This document shows positions 22,743-32,830 of a DNA stretch of 64,000 bases, piece after piece. This stretch comes from a bacterium. Lineage in GTDB: Bacteria; UBA8248; JACPRG01; G963555815. Location of the stretch: NCBI GenBank assembly GCA_965261595.1, contig CBDHDG010000005.1, positions 32,001 through 96,000 of the forward strand, in the 5' to 3' direction. Each line of letters begins with the position of its first letter. Position 1 is the stretch's first letter. The notes under the pieces are model-generated. The model made no database searches, was not told the origin of the DNA, and saw only the letters and a program-made list of their open reading frames with translations. The position numbers and the translations under genes were made by a program.

Positions 22743-23296
22743 ACAGCGAGGCGCGCTGCATTCTCACGGCGGGCGACATCCAACGGGCCCTGGACCGCAT
22801 GGGGGCCGAAATCGTCGAACGGAACCGGGGCATTCGCGGCCTGGCCCTCGTGGGAATCCGGACGCGCGGGGAGTTTCTGGCCCAGCGTCTTCAGCAGTCC
22901 ATCGCCTTTCACGCCGTCACGGGTTCCGGAGAGGGCGGGAAGGTGCCGGTGGGCGTGCTCGACACCACCATCCACCGGGATGACTACGACCCCCTGCGCG
23001 GGGAGGTGCAGATCCACAGGACCGAAATCGCCTTCGATGTGGAGGGGCTTCACCTGATCCTGGTGGACGATGTTCTTTGGACGGGGCGGACGGTGCGGGC
23101 CGGGATGACGGGGGTGATGAGCTTCGGGCGGCCCAGCCGGATCAGTCTGGCGGTCCTGGTGGACCGCGAAGGTCGGGAGCTTCCCATCAGCGCCGATTTT
23201 TGCGGCCGGGAGATTTCGACCGCGCCGGACGAGCGCGTGAAGGTGCTGCTTCAGGAGGTCGACGACCGCGATGAGGTCCTGGTGATCCGGAACTGA
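22739..23296 (+). CDS. pyrR: PyrR bifunctional pyrimidine regulator / uracil phosphoribosyltransferase
   Basis: Motifs LVGIRTRG, HRDD, LVDDVLWTGRTVRA, LVDR..RELPISADF. Confidence 0.9.
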   Translation: MNSEARCILTAGDIQRALDRMGAEIVERNRGIRGLALVGIRTRGEFLAQRLQQSIAFHAVTGSGEGGKVPVGVLDTTIHRDDYDPLRGEVQIHRTEIAFDVEGLHLILVDDVLWTGRTVRAGMTGVMSFGRPSRISLAVLVDREGRELPISADFCGREISTAPDERVKVLLQEVDDRDEVLVIRN

Positions 23297-23642
23297 GGGG
23301 AAAACCGCGGGGGGCGCTTTTTGTAAGGCGCCCCCCCGCACCCCCCCGCAAAACTTTCTGACGGCCCGGCATTTCATGCCGGGCCTGCTGGGGTTGGGCG
23401 TCAGGCCGGCCGGCCTGAGAGTCTGTGCGTTTCCGGTGGCTTGGGTCTTTGTCCGGATGCCCGTCTGCCTACGACACTTGCGTGTCTTCGGCAGCCGCAG
23501 CATCCGGACAAGGGGCCAGGTTTCTTGCGACAGCGTGCGGCCCGGAGGGCCGCACGCTGTCGCCTCTTGAAAGTTTTCTGGGGGGTTCCCAACCCCTGGG
23601 AGGGGTTCGAGGGGGCGGCTTTCAAAAAGCCCCCTCCGAGGT
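23297..23642. repeat. Cluster of strong hairpins bracketed by two inverted REP-like units
   Basis: Hairpins at 23307-23339, 23363-23385, 23401-23418 (perfect palindrome), 23449-23511 and 23527-23563 (17-bp perfect stem). Confidence 0.75.
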
Positions 23643-23671
23643 TTTATGTTTTGCCTTTAGGAGGTTTTGGC

Positions 23672-24088
23672 GTGGAGATTGGAAAGTTGGACCACATCGG
23701 CGTGGCCGTTCGGGACATGGAGCGGGCCATCGCCCAATACGAAAAGACATTGGGGGGCAAGGTCCGCAGCCGCCATCCCAATCACAACAACGAAGTGGAC
23801 GCCGCCTTCGTCCTGATTGGCGACACCGCCATCGAGTTCCTCGCCCCGACGAAGGAAGGAAGCGTTATGGACAAGTTTCTGGAAAAGCGGGGGGAGGGGA
23901 TTCATCACCTGGCGTACAAAGTCCCGGACATCCACCGGGCCGTCCAGACCCTGATCCAGGACGGTCTGACGCCGCTCGACAAAGAACCGCGGCCCGGCAT
24001 TCTGGGAGAGTTGATTTTCTTCTTCCACCCCAAGAGCACCCACGGCGTCCTGATAGAGCTTGTCGAAGCGGCCCCTGAGGGCGGTTAG
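23672..24088 (+). CDS. mce: Methylmalonyl-CoA epimerase (VOC family)
   Basis: AGGAGG RBS then GTG; motifs LDHIGVAV, IEFLAP, KFLEKRGEGIHHLAY, FFHPKSTHGVLIELVE. Confidence 0.88.
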   Translation: MEIGKLDHIGVAVRDMERAIAQYEKTLGGKVRSRHPNHNNEVDAAFVLIGDTAIEFLAPTKEGSVMDKFLEKRGEGIHHLAYKVPDIHRAVQTLIQDGLTPLDKEPRPGILGELIFFFHPKSTHGVLIELVEAAPEGG

Positions 24089-24315
24089 GGGATGCCCTTT
24101 TTTTTGGCCGGTCCATTGGAAGCGCAAGAATCACAAACGGATTGCGGATTAACGATGATGGCCGGGATGGTTGTTCGTTCTCCCGTTTGAATCCTCAACA
24201 ATTTCGATGACGGTCGGGGATGGCCGGAGGTCGGTTGAGCCCGCGCCCTCCAGCCCTTTCAGATGATCTGACGAACGACTGATTCGTAATGTCCCCGGCC
24301 GGCGGCGCATCGGCG

Positions 24316-25625
24316 TCACGACGGGAGCTCGCAAGGAGCTTCCCCCGGGCTCGGGGTCAAATCACCCTTCCGCGACATCCGCGAAAAGAGTTTTTCAGGA
24401 GTCTGCCGGCAGAGGCGGAAGAGTCCTTTCTTCCCGGGCTTGCGTCTGCTCGGCGCCGTTTCTCCGCCGCAGAGGGTTTCCGCCAGGTTGAACATGGCCC
24501 GGGTGACCGGCGAGCGGGGCGCGCATTCCCATAAAGAGAGTCCCCGGTTGATGGCGTGAATCACCGTGCGATAATCCGAAGGAAGAGATGTGAGGACCGG
24601 GATGCCCACTGTCTTCCCGATTTCCTCCGGGCTCATATCGTCCTCGGCCGGATTGTACCGATTGACGATGAGGCGGATTTTCTTCTCATAGCCCAGGGTC
24701 GTGAAGACATTCAGGGTGCGCTTGGCGTGGGCGACGGCCGCGAGGTGAGGAAGGGTGACCAGCAGAATCGTCCCGGACAGATCCAGGGTTTTCAAATTGG
24801 CGGGAGAGAGATTGTTGCCGGTGTTGATGAGGACGAAATCGAACATCTCCCGCATCTCCAGGATGATCGGACCGATATTTTCCGCCGTCACCTTTTCGGC
24901 CTGTTGGATCTCCTTCGGGGCGGCCAGCACCTCGACGCCAGAGGCGTGAGGAATAAGCGCTTCGTGGAGGGCGGTTCGGATGGGCAGGTCATTGCGTTCG
25001 GCGATCTCGGCCAGGGTGGCGGAGGGGGAGAGGTTCAGGAAGAAGGAGACGTCCCCGAATTCCAGATCCATGTCGATGAGAGCGACCTTCTTGTTTTGCT
25101 CCCGCGCCAGCAGGATTCCCAGGTTGACCGTCAGGGTGGTCAGCCCGCTCCCGCCCTTGGGGCTGAAGAGGGTGATGACCTGCCCGAGCCGCCGGGCGTC
25201 TTTGACCCGCTCGATCCGGGAAAGCGCGGCGATGGCCTCTTCGGAGTCGAAAGGGAAGGCCAGGAAATCCCGGAAGCCGGAGCGCACACCGCGAATCAGG
25301 TGGTCCTCCGTTCCGCCCTTACTCACGCCGAGAAGGACCGATTGGGGCGAGGAATCCGATATCTCGGCCGCAACGGCCATCGCCTAATCCGGGTTGGCGT
25401 CCAGGTTGACGAAGATCGCGACCGGCGCCCCCTCCCGGGCCGCGACGACGGCCTCCGTCCAATCCGGGACGCCCCCCAGAAATGTCCACCCATCCATGGA
25501 CTCCGCGAGGCTCCGCACCTCCCGGAAAATCTTTTTTCCGGATCGACGGCCAGGACGCCCCAGGGCTGTCCCGGCCCTCCATCGGATATTCCTTCGCGTT
25601 CCTTCGGATGGTCGCGCATGGTCAT
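24316..25625 (-). pseudogene. cpaE: CpaE/TadZ-like receiver + MinD-type ATPase with a damaged 5' end
   Basis: Motifs FSPKGGSGLTT, LIDMDLEFGD, IVNRY. In-frame TAG at 25384-25386 and a frameshift near 25530 in the receiver part; 24316-25380 stays open. Confidence 0.75.
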
Positions 25626-26092
25626 ACCTTATATATCGGTTGTCGGGGCCGCGAGATGAGTCCCGGGGGTTTGTCCCGTGTTTACGAAGGCTTTCGGGGA
25701 AACGGCGCCGCCCTCCCGTTTCGCTCAGGGGGAGGGGGGGGGAGGGAGACGGGTGTGGAGCGAAGGTTCCCGCGAGTTCCGGATTTTGGATGGGGTTGCA
25801 TGGTCCTCATCTTTTCGGTAAACTGATTGGATGGAGATTTTCTTCTTCAGACCCGTGCTTTTGCGTCCCGATCTCGCGACCGGTTTGCCGTTATCGGACA
25901 TGAGTGACTCGGACGGCGTTTCCGGGGGGGAGAGGGGAGGGGGCAACCCGGATTTTTTCCCGCCGGAATGCGGTGACTCTTCACGCCGTCTTCTTTCAAT
26001 CCTTCATCGGCGAATCGGCCCGAAGGCTTTAGCGGACAACAGAAAGTTTCACCGGGCCTTTCGCCCGTGACCCGCCGAATGGGCGAGGCCGC

Positions 26093-26400
26093 CTACTCCG
26101 CCTGGACGCCGCCCGTGACGACGCCCCCCGCAAGGTCCCGGCGGGCGGCGACGATGGAGATCGTGAACCCCGCGATCACGTCCAGCAGCGACATCAGGCC
26201 GATGATCAGAAAAGCGGAATTGCCCGCGCCGGGCGCCAGGATGAACTCCACCAGAAACACAATGAAGACCAGCATGGACAACGTGTGGTTGATCACGGAA
26301 ACCTTCGTGGTTCGGGTGGCGCGGAAGAGCTCGAAGTACAGGGCCAGGATGCCGAGGACAATCAGGGAGTCGCCGAAGGTCGCGACCCATTCCCCCCCCC
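26093..26400 (-). CDS. Small multi-pass membrane protein (start uncertain, possibly truncated)
   Basis: Three hydrophobic segments; C-terminal LLDVIAGFTISIVAARRD. Confidence 0.55.
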
Positions 26401-26671
26401 CAAAAAAGACAGCGGAAGGGTGAACAGTGTGGCGTCTCACAAATACGTGACATGTGTTTTGCCTTTTCCAAGCGAGGGTGTCACTGGCAGCTTGTCTGCC
26501 AGTGCCGCCTCGGAGCAACCCCGCAATGAGATGGAGTTTCCGGTGTCGGGATACCCTTTGGCTTTCCCAAAAAATGCGGCGTCGGCGGACAGACACAACC
26601 GTGTCGCGCCGCCAGTGGCGCCCTTTTCTGAGAAGCTTCAGAATTCGTGAGGTTATTTCTGAGACACGACG

Positions 26672-27718
26672 CTAGGGGGACGGTTCGTGGGCGGCTTGCA
26701 AGGGCCGCGGGTCGGATTCACCGGTGACGTCCACCTCGAAGCCCATGTCCCGAATCATCCGGTGGGCCTCGTCGGGGGGCTGGCCGGGGGTCGTGAGATA
26801 GCCCGAGACGAAGATGGAGTTGGCCGGGTAGAAGGCGAGCGGCTGGAGGGCGCCCAGTTGGATTTCCCGGCCTCCCGCCACGCGGATCTCCGAGCGAGGA
26901 TTGAAGAACCGGACCAGGGAGAGAAGCCGCAGGCAGCGCGCGGCCCCCAGCGCGGCCGTTTCCGCCAGGGGCGTTCCCCCGAGGGCGTGCAGAAAGTTCA
27001 CGGGGATGGACTCGGGCTGAAGCGCGCGAAGCGTCCGGCACACATCGTAGATGTCTTCGCTCGATTCGCCCTGGCCGAAAATCACCCCGGAGCAAAGCTC
27101 CATGCCCGCCCCGCGCGCGGAGTGGAGCGTTTGGAGGCGATCGGCGTAGGTGTGCGTGGAGCAGATGGAGGGGTAGTGCCGCTCGCTGGTGTTGAGGTTA
27201 TGGTTCAGCCGGTCCACGCCGTGCGCCCGGAGGCGTCCGGCCTCCGCCTCGCCGAGGATCCCCAATGAGCAGCAGATCGAGAGGTCGGTTTCGGCTTTGA
27301 TCCGCCGGACCGCCGAGCCGATGTGTTCGATCTCCTCATCCGTGGGTCCGCGCCCGCTGATGACGATGCAATACCGGCGCGATTTCGCCGCCACCGCCCG
27401 CTTCGCCCCTTCGAGCAGGGCCGCTTCATCCATCAGCCGGTATTTTTCGATCGGGGCGGAGGAGACCGCCGATTGGGAGCAGTAAGCGCAGTCTTCCGGG
27501 CACAGACCGCTTTTGGCGTTGACGAGGAGGTGGATCTGGACCTTCCGGCCGAAGAACGCCCGCCTGACCCGGAAGGCCGCGTGAAGGATGGGGAGGAGGT
27601 CGTCCGCCGGGGCGTTGATGATCGCCTCCGCCTCATCCCGGCCGGGCGCGTCCCCGTTCAAAGAGCGTCTCGCCAAATCCTGATAATCCATCATGGATGG
27701 ACCGGCTTCCATCGTCAC
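26672..27718 (-). CDS. bioB: Biotin synthase
   Basis: Radical-SAM motif KSGLCPEDCAYCSQS, NHNLNTS, ESIPVNFL, RVAGGRE, ANSIF..YLTT. Confidence 0.96.
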   Translation of the reverse strand: MTMEAGPSMMDYQDLARRSLNGDAPGRDEAEAIINAPADDLLPILHAAFRVRRAFFGRKVQIHLLVNAKSGLCPEDCAYCSQSAVSSAPIEKYRLMDEAALLEGAKRAVAAKSRRYCIVISGRGPTDEEIEHIGSAVRRIKAETDLSICCSLGILGEAEAGRLRAHGVDRLNHNLNTSERHYPSICSTHTYADRLQTLHSARGAGMELCSGVIFGQGESSEDIYDVCRTLRALQPESIPVNFLHALGGTPLAETAALGAARCLRLLSLVRFFNPRSEIRVAGGREIQLGALQPLAFYPANSIFVSGYLTTPGQPPDEAHRMIRDMGFEVDVTGESDPRPLQAAHEPSP

Positions 27719-27791
27719 CGGCGGGGTCCTCGGTCTATGGAGTCTTGCGGGCGGCTCTTCCCCGGAAGCGGATGATCCCCGGCCCGTCCCA

Positions 27792-29096
27792 TCACGAGGA
27801 TGCGGCCGCGGGCGGGGGGGCGCCGTACAGGATGTTGCTGAGCGCGTCGCGGACCGACTCGGGGTCCATGCCGTTGGAGCGAAGAAAAGGCCCGCTTTCG
27901 TCCAGGACGCGCTGGATGTCTCCCAGGAGACGGAACCGCTGGAAGTAGGCGTCGTGGTGAATGTCCATCGCCTCGCCGACGAGGGAGATGAAGTTGCGGA
28001 CGGCGAACGGTTGATTCGCCTCCTCGCCGCAGAGCTCCCGGTAGCAGCTGTGATACGTGGCGGCCAGGGTGTCGATGCCCGCCGCCCGGGCCTCCCGGAA
28101 GAGCGTTTCCCTCATGTCCTCCTTGGCCGCTTCCAACAGGAGCGTCGGGCACTGATAGCCGTTCTGGACGAGCTGGGGGATCTCCACCAGCTCGAGGCCC
28201 GGCACGGAGCGCAGGATCTTGCGGACGTCCTCGTTGATTCCCGGCATGCCCGTGTGCTCGTGAAGCCCCACGCGCTTCTCGACCGGCCGGACGTACAGGG
28301 CCTTCAACGCGTCCAACCGGTCCGCCAGAAACCGGGTGATGTGCTCGAACGGCATGTCGGTGGGTTTTCCCAGGGGAGGGCGCTCGGTGTACTGCATCTG
28401 GCAGGAAGGGCAGAAGGTCACCACCTTGTCCGGATCGAAAGCGGCGAAGTGGCTGAGGGAGTTGGCCTTCATCCTCCCGCCCCCCTCCTCGTCCCCCGCA
28501 CGGAGGTGGTTGACGCCGCAGCAGTTCGCCGCGCCGCCCTCGACGACGTAATCCACGTTCAGCTTCTCGAAAACGTCCAGGACAGTGAAAACGATGTGGG
28601 GCGTCTGGAGAAGGTTGCAGCCGAAGTAGAAGACGATGTCCGCTTGGGATTTTTTCCCCCGGCGGACGGCCGTCAGGTGGCGGAACCGCTCGGGCGCCAT
28701 CTGGACGCCCGCGACCAGTTTCAGTGTCTGGCTGAAGCGCTTGAAGAATTCGCCCGTTTCCGCTTTTATCCCGGCCGCGCCGACCTCTTCCACCCTCAGC
28801 TTGGTTCGGGCGTAGGCGAGCATGGTTCGCGGGTTCACCGGCTCCGGGCAGGCGTCGATGCAGAGCCCGCTCATCATGCAGGCCTCCGCCCAGGCGGCGC
28901 CCTCGCCGCGGACTTCTTTGTCCTGGATCAGGTCGATGACGTCCCGCGTCACCCGCTCGGGATCGGTGCCGGCGAGATCGGTGTAGGGGACCATCGGGCA
29001 CGCCTTGAAGCACTCGCCGCAATACGTGCAGGCGGCGGCCATCCGCGCGATGTCCTCGTTCATGTAATCAATGTGAGATGTCGGCAAAGTTGTCAT
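27792..29096 (-). CDS. (Fe-S)-binding protein with two ferredoxin-type motifs and CCG domains
   Basis: Motifs CTYCGECFKACP, CMMSGLCIDACP, YFGC, NCCG, TFCPSC; GAGGAG RBS before ATG 29096. Confidence 0.85.
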   Translation of the reverse strand: MTTLPTSHIDYMNEDIARMAAACTYCGECFKACPMVPYTDLAGTDPERVTRDVIDLIQDKEVRGEGAAWAEACMMSGLCIDACPEPVNPRTMLAYARTKLRVEEVGAAGIKAETGEFFKRFSQTLKLVAGVQMAPERFRHLTAVRRGKKSQADIVFYFGCNLLQTPHIVFTVLDVFEKLNVDYVVEGGAANCCGVNHLRAGDEEGGGRMKANSLSHFAAFDPDKVVTFCPSCQMQYTERPPLGKPTDMPFEHITRFLADRLDALKALYVRPVEKRVGLHEHTGMPGINEDVRKILRSVPGLELVEIPQLVQNGYQCPTLLLEAAKEDMRETLFREARAAGIDTLAATYHSCYRELCGEEANQPFAVRNFISLVGEAMDIHHDAYFQRFRLLGDIQRVLDESGPFLRSNGMDPESVRDALSNILYGAPPPAAASS

Positions 29097-29206
29097 CGTC
29101 TTCTCCTCAAACGTCCACTCGCCGCTGAGCGTTACGGTAAGTTTCATTGTAGACCCGGAATCGCGCATCTCCAAGCCGCCCCGTATAGGAACGCGCGCGG
29201 TTTCCC

Positions 29207-29533
29207 TTACGCGATGAGCCAGCGGAACAGGTGGAAGGTCGCGAGGGCGATTCCGATAATGAGCAGGACATTGCGAAACCACAGGGCGGCCCCCAGGGCC
29301 GCGAGCGCCGCGTAGAGTGCCGGGTTGGCCTCGAAGCCGGCGAACTCGCCCCCCGGAAAACCGACCAGAGAGACGGTCAGGGTGGCCAACGCCGCCACCG
29401 GCGCCGCTTCCAGGCAATGTTTCAAAAAGGGCGGCAGGCGGAGCCGTCCCGCCGTCGCGAGGATGGGACCCCGGGACAGGTACGTGACGGCCGCCATCGC
29501 CAGGATCAGGTAGAAGACCGGCTGCGTAACCAA
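29207..29533 (-). CDS. azlD: AzlD-family branched-chain amino acid transport protein
   Basis: ILAMAAVTYLSR.P...LEAAPVAALA; overlaps the end of azlC. Confidence 0.8.
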   Translation of the reverse strand: MVTQPVFYLILAMAAVTYLSRGPILATAGRLRLPPFLKHCLEAAPVAALATLTVSLVGFPGGEFAGFEANPALYAALAALGAALWFRNVLLIIGIALATFHLFRWLIA

Positions 29534-30222
29534 TTCAGGTAGCCTCCCGCGACAGAGATGAGGACGATGGTGACCAGGACGGCGTGCGCGTGGGGGAGAA
29601 CGGCGGCGGCGCCGGCCGTGACGGGGACGGCCAGCAGGGCGACCGCGATCTCGGCGGGGCCGCGAAGCAGGGGAATGAGGATGGCGATAAAGACGGCGGG
29701 GTTGACGATCTCCAGGCCCATGTCCCGGATCTCGGGAAGCGATTCCAGCAGGTAGCCGCCGATAAAGCTCGCGGGGATCCAGGTGAGGTAAATGAAGAGG
29801 GTGACCGCGAGATAGTAGGCGTCCTTGCGCGGCGCTTCGGGATCGCGCAGGCACCGGGCGATGGACAGGGCGTAGGCCGCGTCCACCAGCCCAAAGCCGA
29901 TGAAGGCCAGCCAGCGGGGCCTCCGGTCCCGGAAGTGGGGGGCCAGCGAGGCCGCGTAGAGGACGTAGCGCAGGTTCACAAGGAACGTGGTGAGGACGAT
30001 GAGGACGAACCCGGCTCCCTGTTTCATCAGCCCCACGGCGATGAGCTGGGCCGGCCCCGCGTAAACGATGGCCGACATCAATCCGGCCTCGACCCAGGTC
30101 AGCCCGGCGGCACGGGCCAGCGCCCCGAAGATGAAACCGATGGCCGTCAGGCCGATGACGATGGGGAAAGACTCGCCCAGTCCCCTGCGAAATTCCGCCC
30201 GCGCGGCGTCCGATTCAATCAT
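29506..30222 (-). CDS. azlC: AzlC-family permease
   Basis: Motifs MSAIVYAGPAQ and FLVNLRYVLY. Confidence 0.88.
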   Translation of the reverse strand: MIESDAARAEFRRGLGESFPIVIGLTAIGFIFGALARAAGLTWVEAGLMSAIVYAGPAQLIAVGLMKQGAGFVLIVLTTFLVNLRYVLYAASLAPHFRDRRPRWLAFIGFGLVDAAYALSIARCLRDPEAPRKDAYYLAVTLFIYLTWIPASFIGGYLLESLPEIRDMGLEIVNPAVFIAILIPLLRGPAEIAVALLAVPVTAGAAAVLPHAHAVLVTIVLISVAGGYLNWLRSRSST

Positions 30223-30291
30223 GAAGGCGTCCAAAGGTTCGTCGGGCTTGGCGGCCGCCCCGCGTGAGGCGGCGCGAAACGCTTCCGCCGC

Positions 30292-31554
30292 TCACAAGGC
30301 GGGGGAGGCGGCCCGGCCGATGGACCGGGGCAGGAGCAGGTAGTACGCCCCCGGGTGTTTCATCCGTCCCGCGTAGGCTTCGGCCCGGTCCCCCGTCCCC
30401 CAGAAGATGTCGCCCCGGACCGGACCTCGAATGGCGCCGCCCGTATCCTGGGCGATGAACAATCGGCGCAAGGGCCGCCGATCTCTCCAGGACCGGCCTT
30501 CCGCGGGGGCGTAGGTGTCGAGCCAGAGCGGGACGCCGAGAGGGATGAACCGCCTGTCCACGGCCAGCGATCGGAGGGCCGTCAGCGCGACGCCCTGCGC
30601 CCCGATGGGGCCGTCGCCTTCGATTTCCCGGAAAAAGATGTAGGACCGATTCTTTTCCAAAAGGGCGCGTCCCTTTTTCGGATGGCTCTTCACCCAGGCC
30701 CGGATGGACTGGAGCGTGACGCCCTCGCGTGCGAGGGCGCCGGTGCGGATCAGTTCCCGCCCGATGGAGCGGTAGGCGTGGCCGTTTTGGCCGTCATAAC
30801 CGATCCGCAGGAGGGTTCCGTCTTCCAGGATCACCCGGCCCGAGCCCTGGACGTGAAGAAAGAAGGCGGCGACGGGATCGTCCACCCAGACGATTTCGAG
30901 TCCCCGTCCTTCCAGGGCGCCGGCGTTGATGCCCGCCCGGTCGTCGTACGGCCTGAGCTTGCCCCCTTCGACCTTGCCGACGATCCGCCGCCCCCGCAGG
31001 TCCCTTTGGAATTGGCCCAGGTCGACCGTGACCAGGTCTTTCGGCCGGTTGTAAAGAGGGTGGAAGTACGGCCCGCCGCGCGTGCGGGAGCCGCGGAGGA
31101 CCGGCTCGTAGTAGCCGGTGAACAGCCCGTTCGGGTCATCGTGGTCGGCCGCCCGGTAGGGGATGAACCATTTCTCGAAAAAGGCCCGCGCGCCCGGATT
31201 GTCCCGGGGACGGCCGTCCTCCAGCCGGGCCGCTTCGGCGCAGACGGCCCGCCAGTCGGCGACGCGTCCGGCGAAGCGCTTGCCGTCGATGGGCCGTGGG
31301 TCCGGCTGCCGATGAAGGCGTTCACAGGATTTCCGGAAGACGGGAAGGACCTCCGCGTGACGCTCCGCCCGCCACCCCGGCAGGTCTTTGAAGGCGGTCC
31401 GCTCCAGGATCAGTTGTGCGCGTCCGTGGACGGGGCCGGAGATTCGCTCGGGAGCGGAAGGCCCGAGGGAAATCGCGCAGCCGGAAAGGGCGAGGAGAAG
31501 AAGGAAGAACCCCCCGAGCGGGCCAAGGGGGGAACGCCGACGGGTCATCTTCAT
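30292..31554 (-). CDS. mltA: Membrane-bound lytic murein transglycosylase A
   Basis: Lipobox LSGC; motifs FTGYYEP, VQGSG, NGHAY, SYIFF, AVD..IPLG, AQDTGGAIRG..RGDIFWG. Confidence 0.95.
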   Translation of the reverse strand: MKMTRRRSPLGPLGGFFLLLLALSGCAISLGPSAPERISGPVHGRAQLILERTAFKDLPGWRAERHAEVLPVFRKSCERLHRQPDPRPIDGKRFAGRVADWRAVCAEAARLEDGRPRDNPGARAFFEKWFIPYRAADHDDPNGLFTGYYEPVLRGSRTRGGPYFHPLYNRPKDLVTVDLGQFQRDLRGRRIVGKVEGGKLRPYDDRAGINAGALEGRGLEIVWVDDPVAAFFLHVQGSGRVILEDGTLLRIGYDGQNGHAYRSIGRELIRTGALAREGVTLQSIRAWVKSHPKKGRALLEKNRSYIFFREIEGDGPIGAQGVALTALRSLAVDRRFIPLGVPLWLDTYAPAEGRSWRDRRPLRRLFIAQDTGGAIRGPVRGDIFWGTGDRAEAYAGRMKHPGAYYLLLPRSIGRAASPAL

Positions 31555-31903
31555 TGGACGCTCGGATAACGACTCGACATCGGAAATGGCCAAAGACATT
31601 CCAATTGAAAGTAATAGGATGGGTCGGTTTCGTCAAGTGAAATGGAGTTTGGGGGGGACCTCCATCTCTGAAGTCGCCGGTCCCCGGGAAGGATGCGACG
31701 TCTGGGTTTCCCATGTTTTGGACCCATGCCTGCGGCGGAGGATCCGTAATTTGATACAATCCGGATGGAAGCGGTGGATTCCGGTTCCGGCGCGAAGTCG
31801 CGGAACCGGATTCGTCCAGGACGTCTCAAAGACTGCCGACTCCCGGTCAACGGGCAAGACGCCGCGGGGGGGGGGCTGTCCGAGGATTTTCATGGAGCGA
31901 TCG

Positions 31904-32566
31904 ATGCGAGAGGTGAATCTTCTGGACGCGTATCCCAGGATCCAGCGTCCGATCAAAGAGCGGGCGCAATGGAAAGATCGGACCGAAGAGGGCCGGGCCG
32001 TCGCCAAGCGGTTCGGCCGGGAGTATTTCGACGGGACCCGGGATCAGGGGTGCGGAGGTTACCGTTACGATGGCCGGTGGAAGCCGGTCGCGAAGCGGAT
32101 GATCGAATATTACGGTCTCACCGGCCGCGAAAGGATACTCGACATCGGAAGCGGGAAGGGCTTCCTGCTTCACGATTTTCGTGGATGGATGCCCGAAGCG
32201 GAGGTCGCGGGAGTCGATATCTCCGCCTACGCGATCGAACACACCCTGGAGGACATCAAGCCGTTCATGCAGCGGGGCCATGCCGCGGACCTGCCCTATC
32301 CGGACAACACCTTCGACTTGGTCATTTCCATCAATGTCATTCACAACCTTTGGGACAAGGAATGCCGCCGGGCCCTCCGGGAGATGGAGCGCGTCGGGCG
32401 CAAACACAAATATCTCCAGATGGACTCTTTCCGGAACCGGGAAGAGGAGGAAAAGCTGAGGAATTGGCAGTTGACCGTGGAGTTGTTCTATATCACGGAC
32501 CAGTGGAAGCGTATGTTTGAAGAAGAAGGATACTCGGGCGAATTTTATTGGACGATCACCGAATGA
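31904..32566 (+). CDS. Class I SAM-dependent methyltransferase
   Basis: Motifs ILDIGSGKG, GVDIS, LPYPDNTFDLVISIN. Confidence 0.88.
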   Translation: MREVNLLDAYPRIQRPIKERAQWKDRTEEGRAVAKRFGREYFDGTRDQGCGGYRYDGRWKPVAKRMIEYYGLTGRERILDIGSGKGFLLHDFRGWMPEAEVAGVDISAYAIEHTLEDIKPFMQRGHAADLPYPDNTFDLVISINVIHNLWDKECRRALREMERVGRKHKYLQMDSFRNREEEEKLRNWQLTVELFYITDQWKRMFEEEGYSGEFYWTITE

Positions 32567-32687
32567 GGGCGACAAAGGCGGCCGGCCTGGAACCGCCGAA
32601 TGGCCCCCCCCCCTTCCGGCCCGGAGTCAATACACCCGTTGATCGGGTCTCCAATGTCAGCCGTTTCCTCATCCATTCCCACCCGAT

Positions 32688-32721
32688 AAAAAAAGGGCCA
32701 CGGGATTTCCCGTAGCCCTTT
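32688..32721 (-). terminator. Rho-independent terminator downstream of tRNA-Phe
   Basis: Minus strand AAAGGGCTACGGGAAATCCCGTGGCCC followed by a run of T. Confidence 0.8.
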
Positions 32722-32729
32722 GAATTTCA

Positions 32730-32805
32730 TGGTGCCGGGGGGCGGAATCGAACCGTCGACACATGGATTTTCAGTCCACTGCTCTACCGACTGAGCTACC
32801 CCGGC
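32730..32805 (-). tRNA. tRNA-Phe (GAA)
   Basis: GCCGGGGTAGCTCAGTCGGTAGAGCAGTGGACTGAAAATCCATGTGTCGACGGTTCGATTCCGCCCCCCGGCACCA: 76 nt, cloverleaf, CCA end. Confidence 0.98.
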
Positions 32806-32830
32806 ACCGTTTGTTTTTCAATGAGTTACA

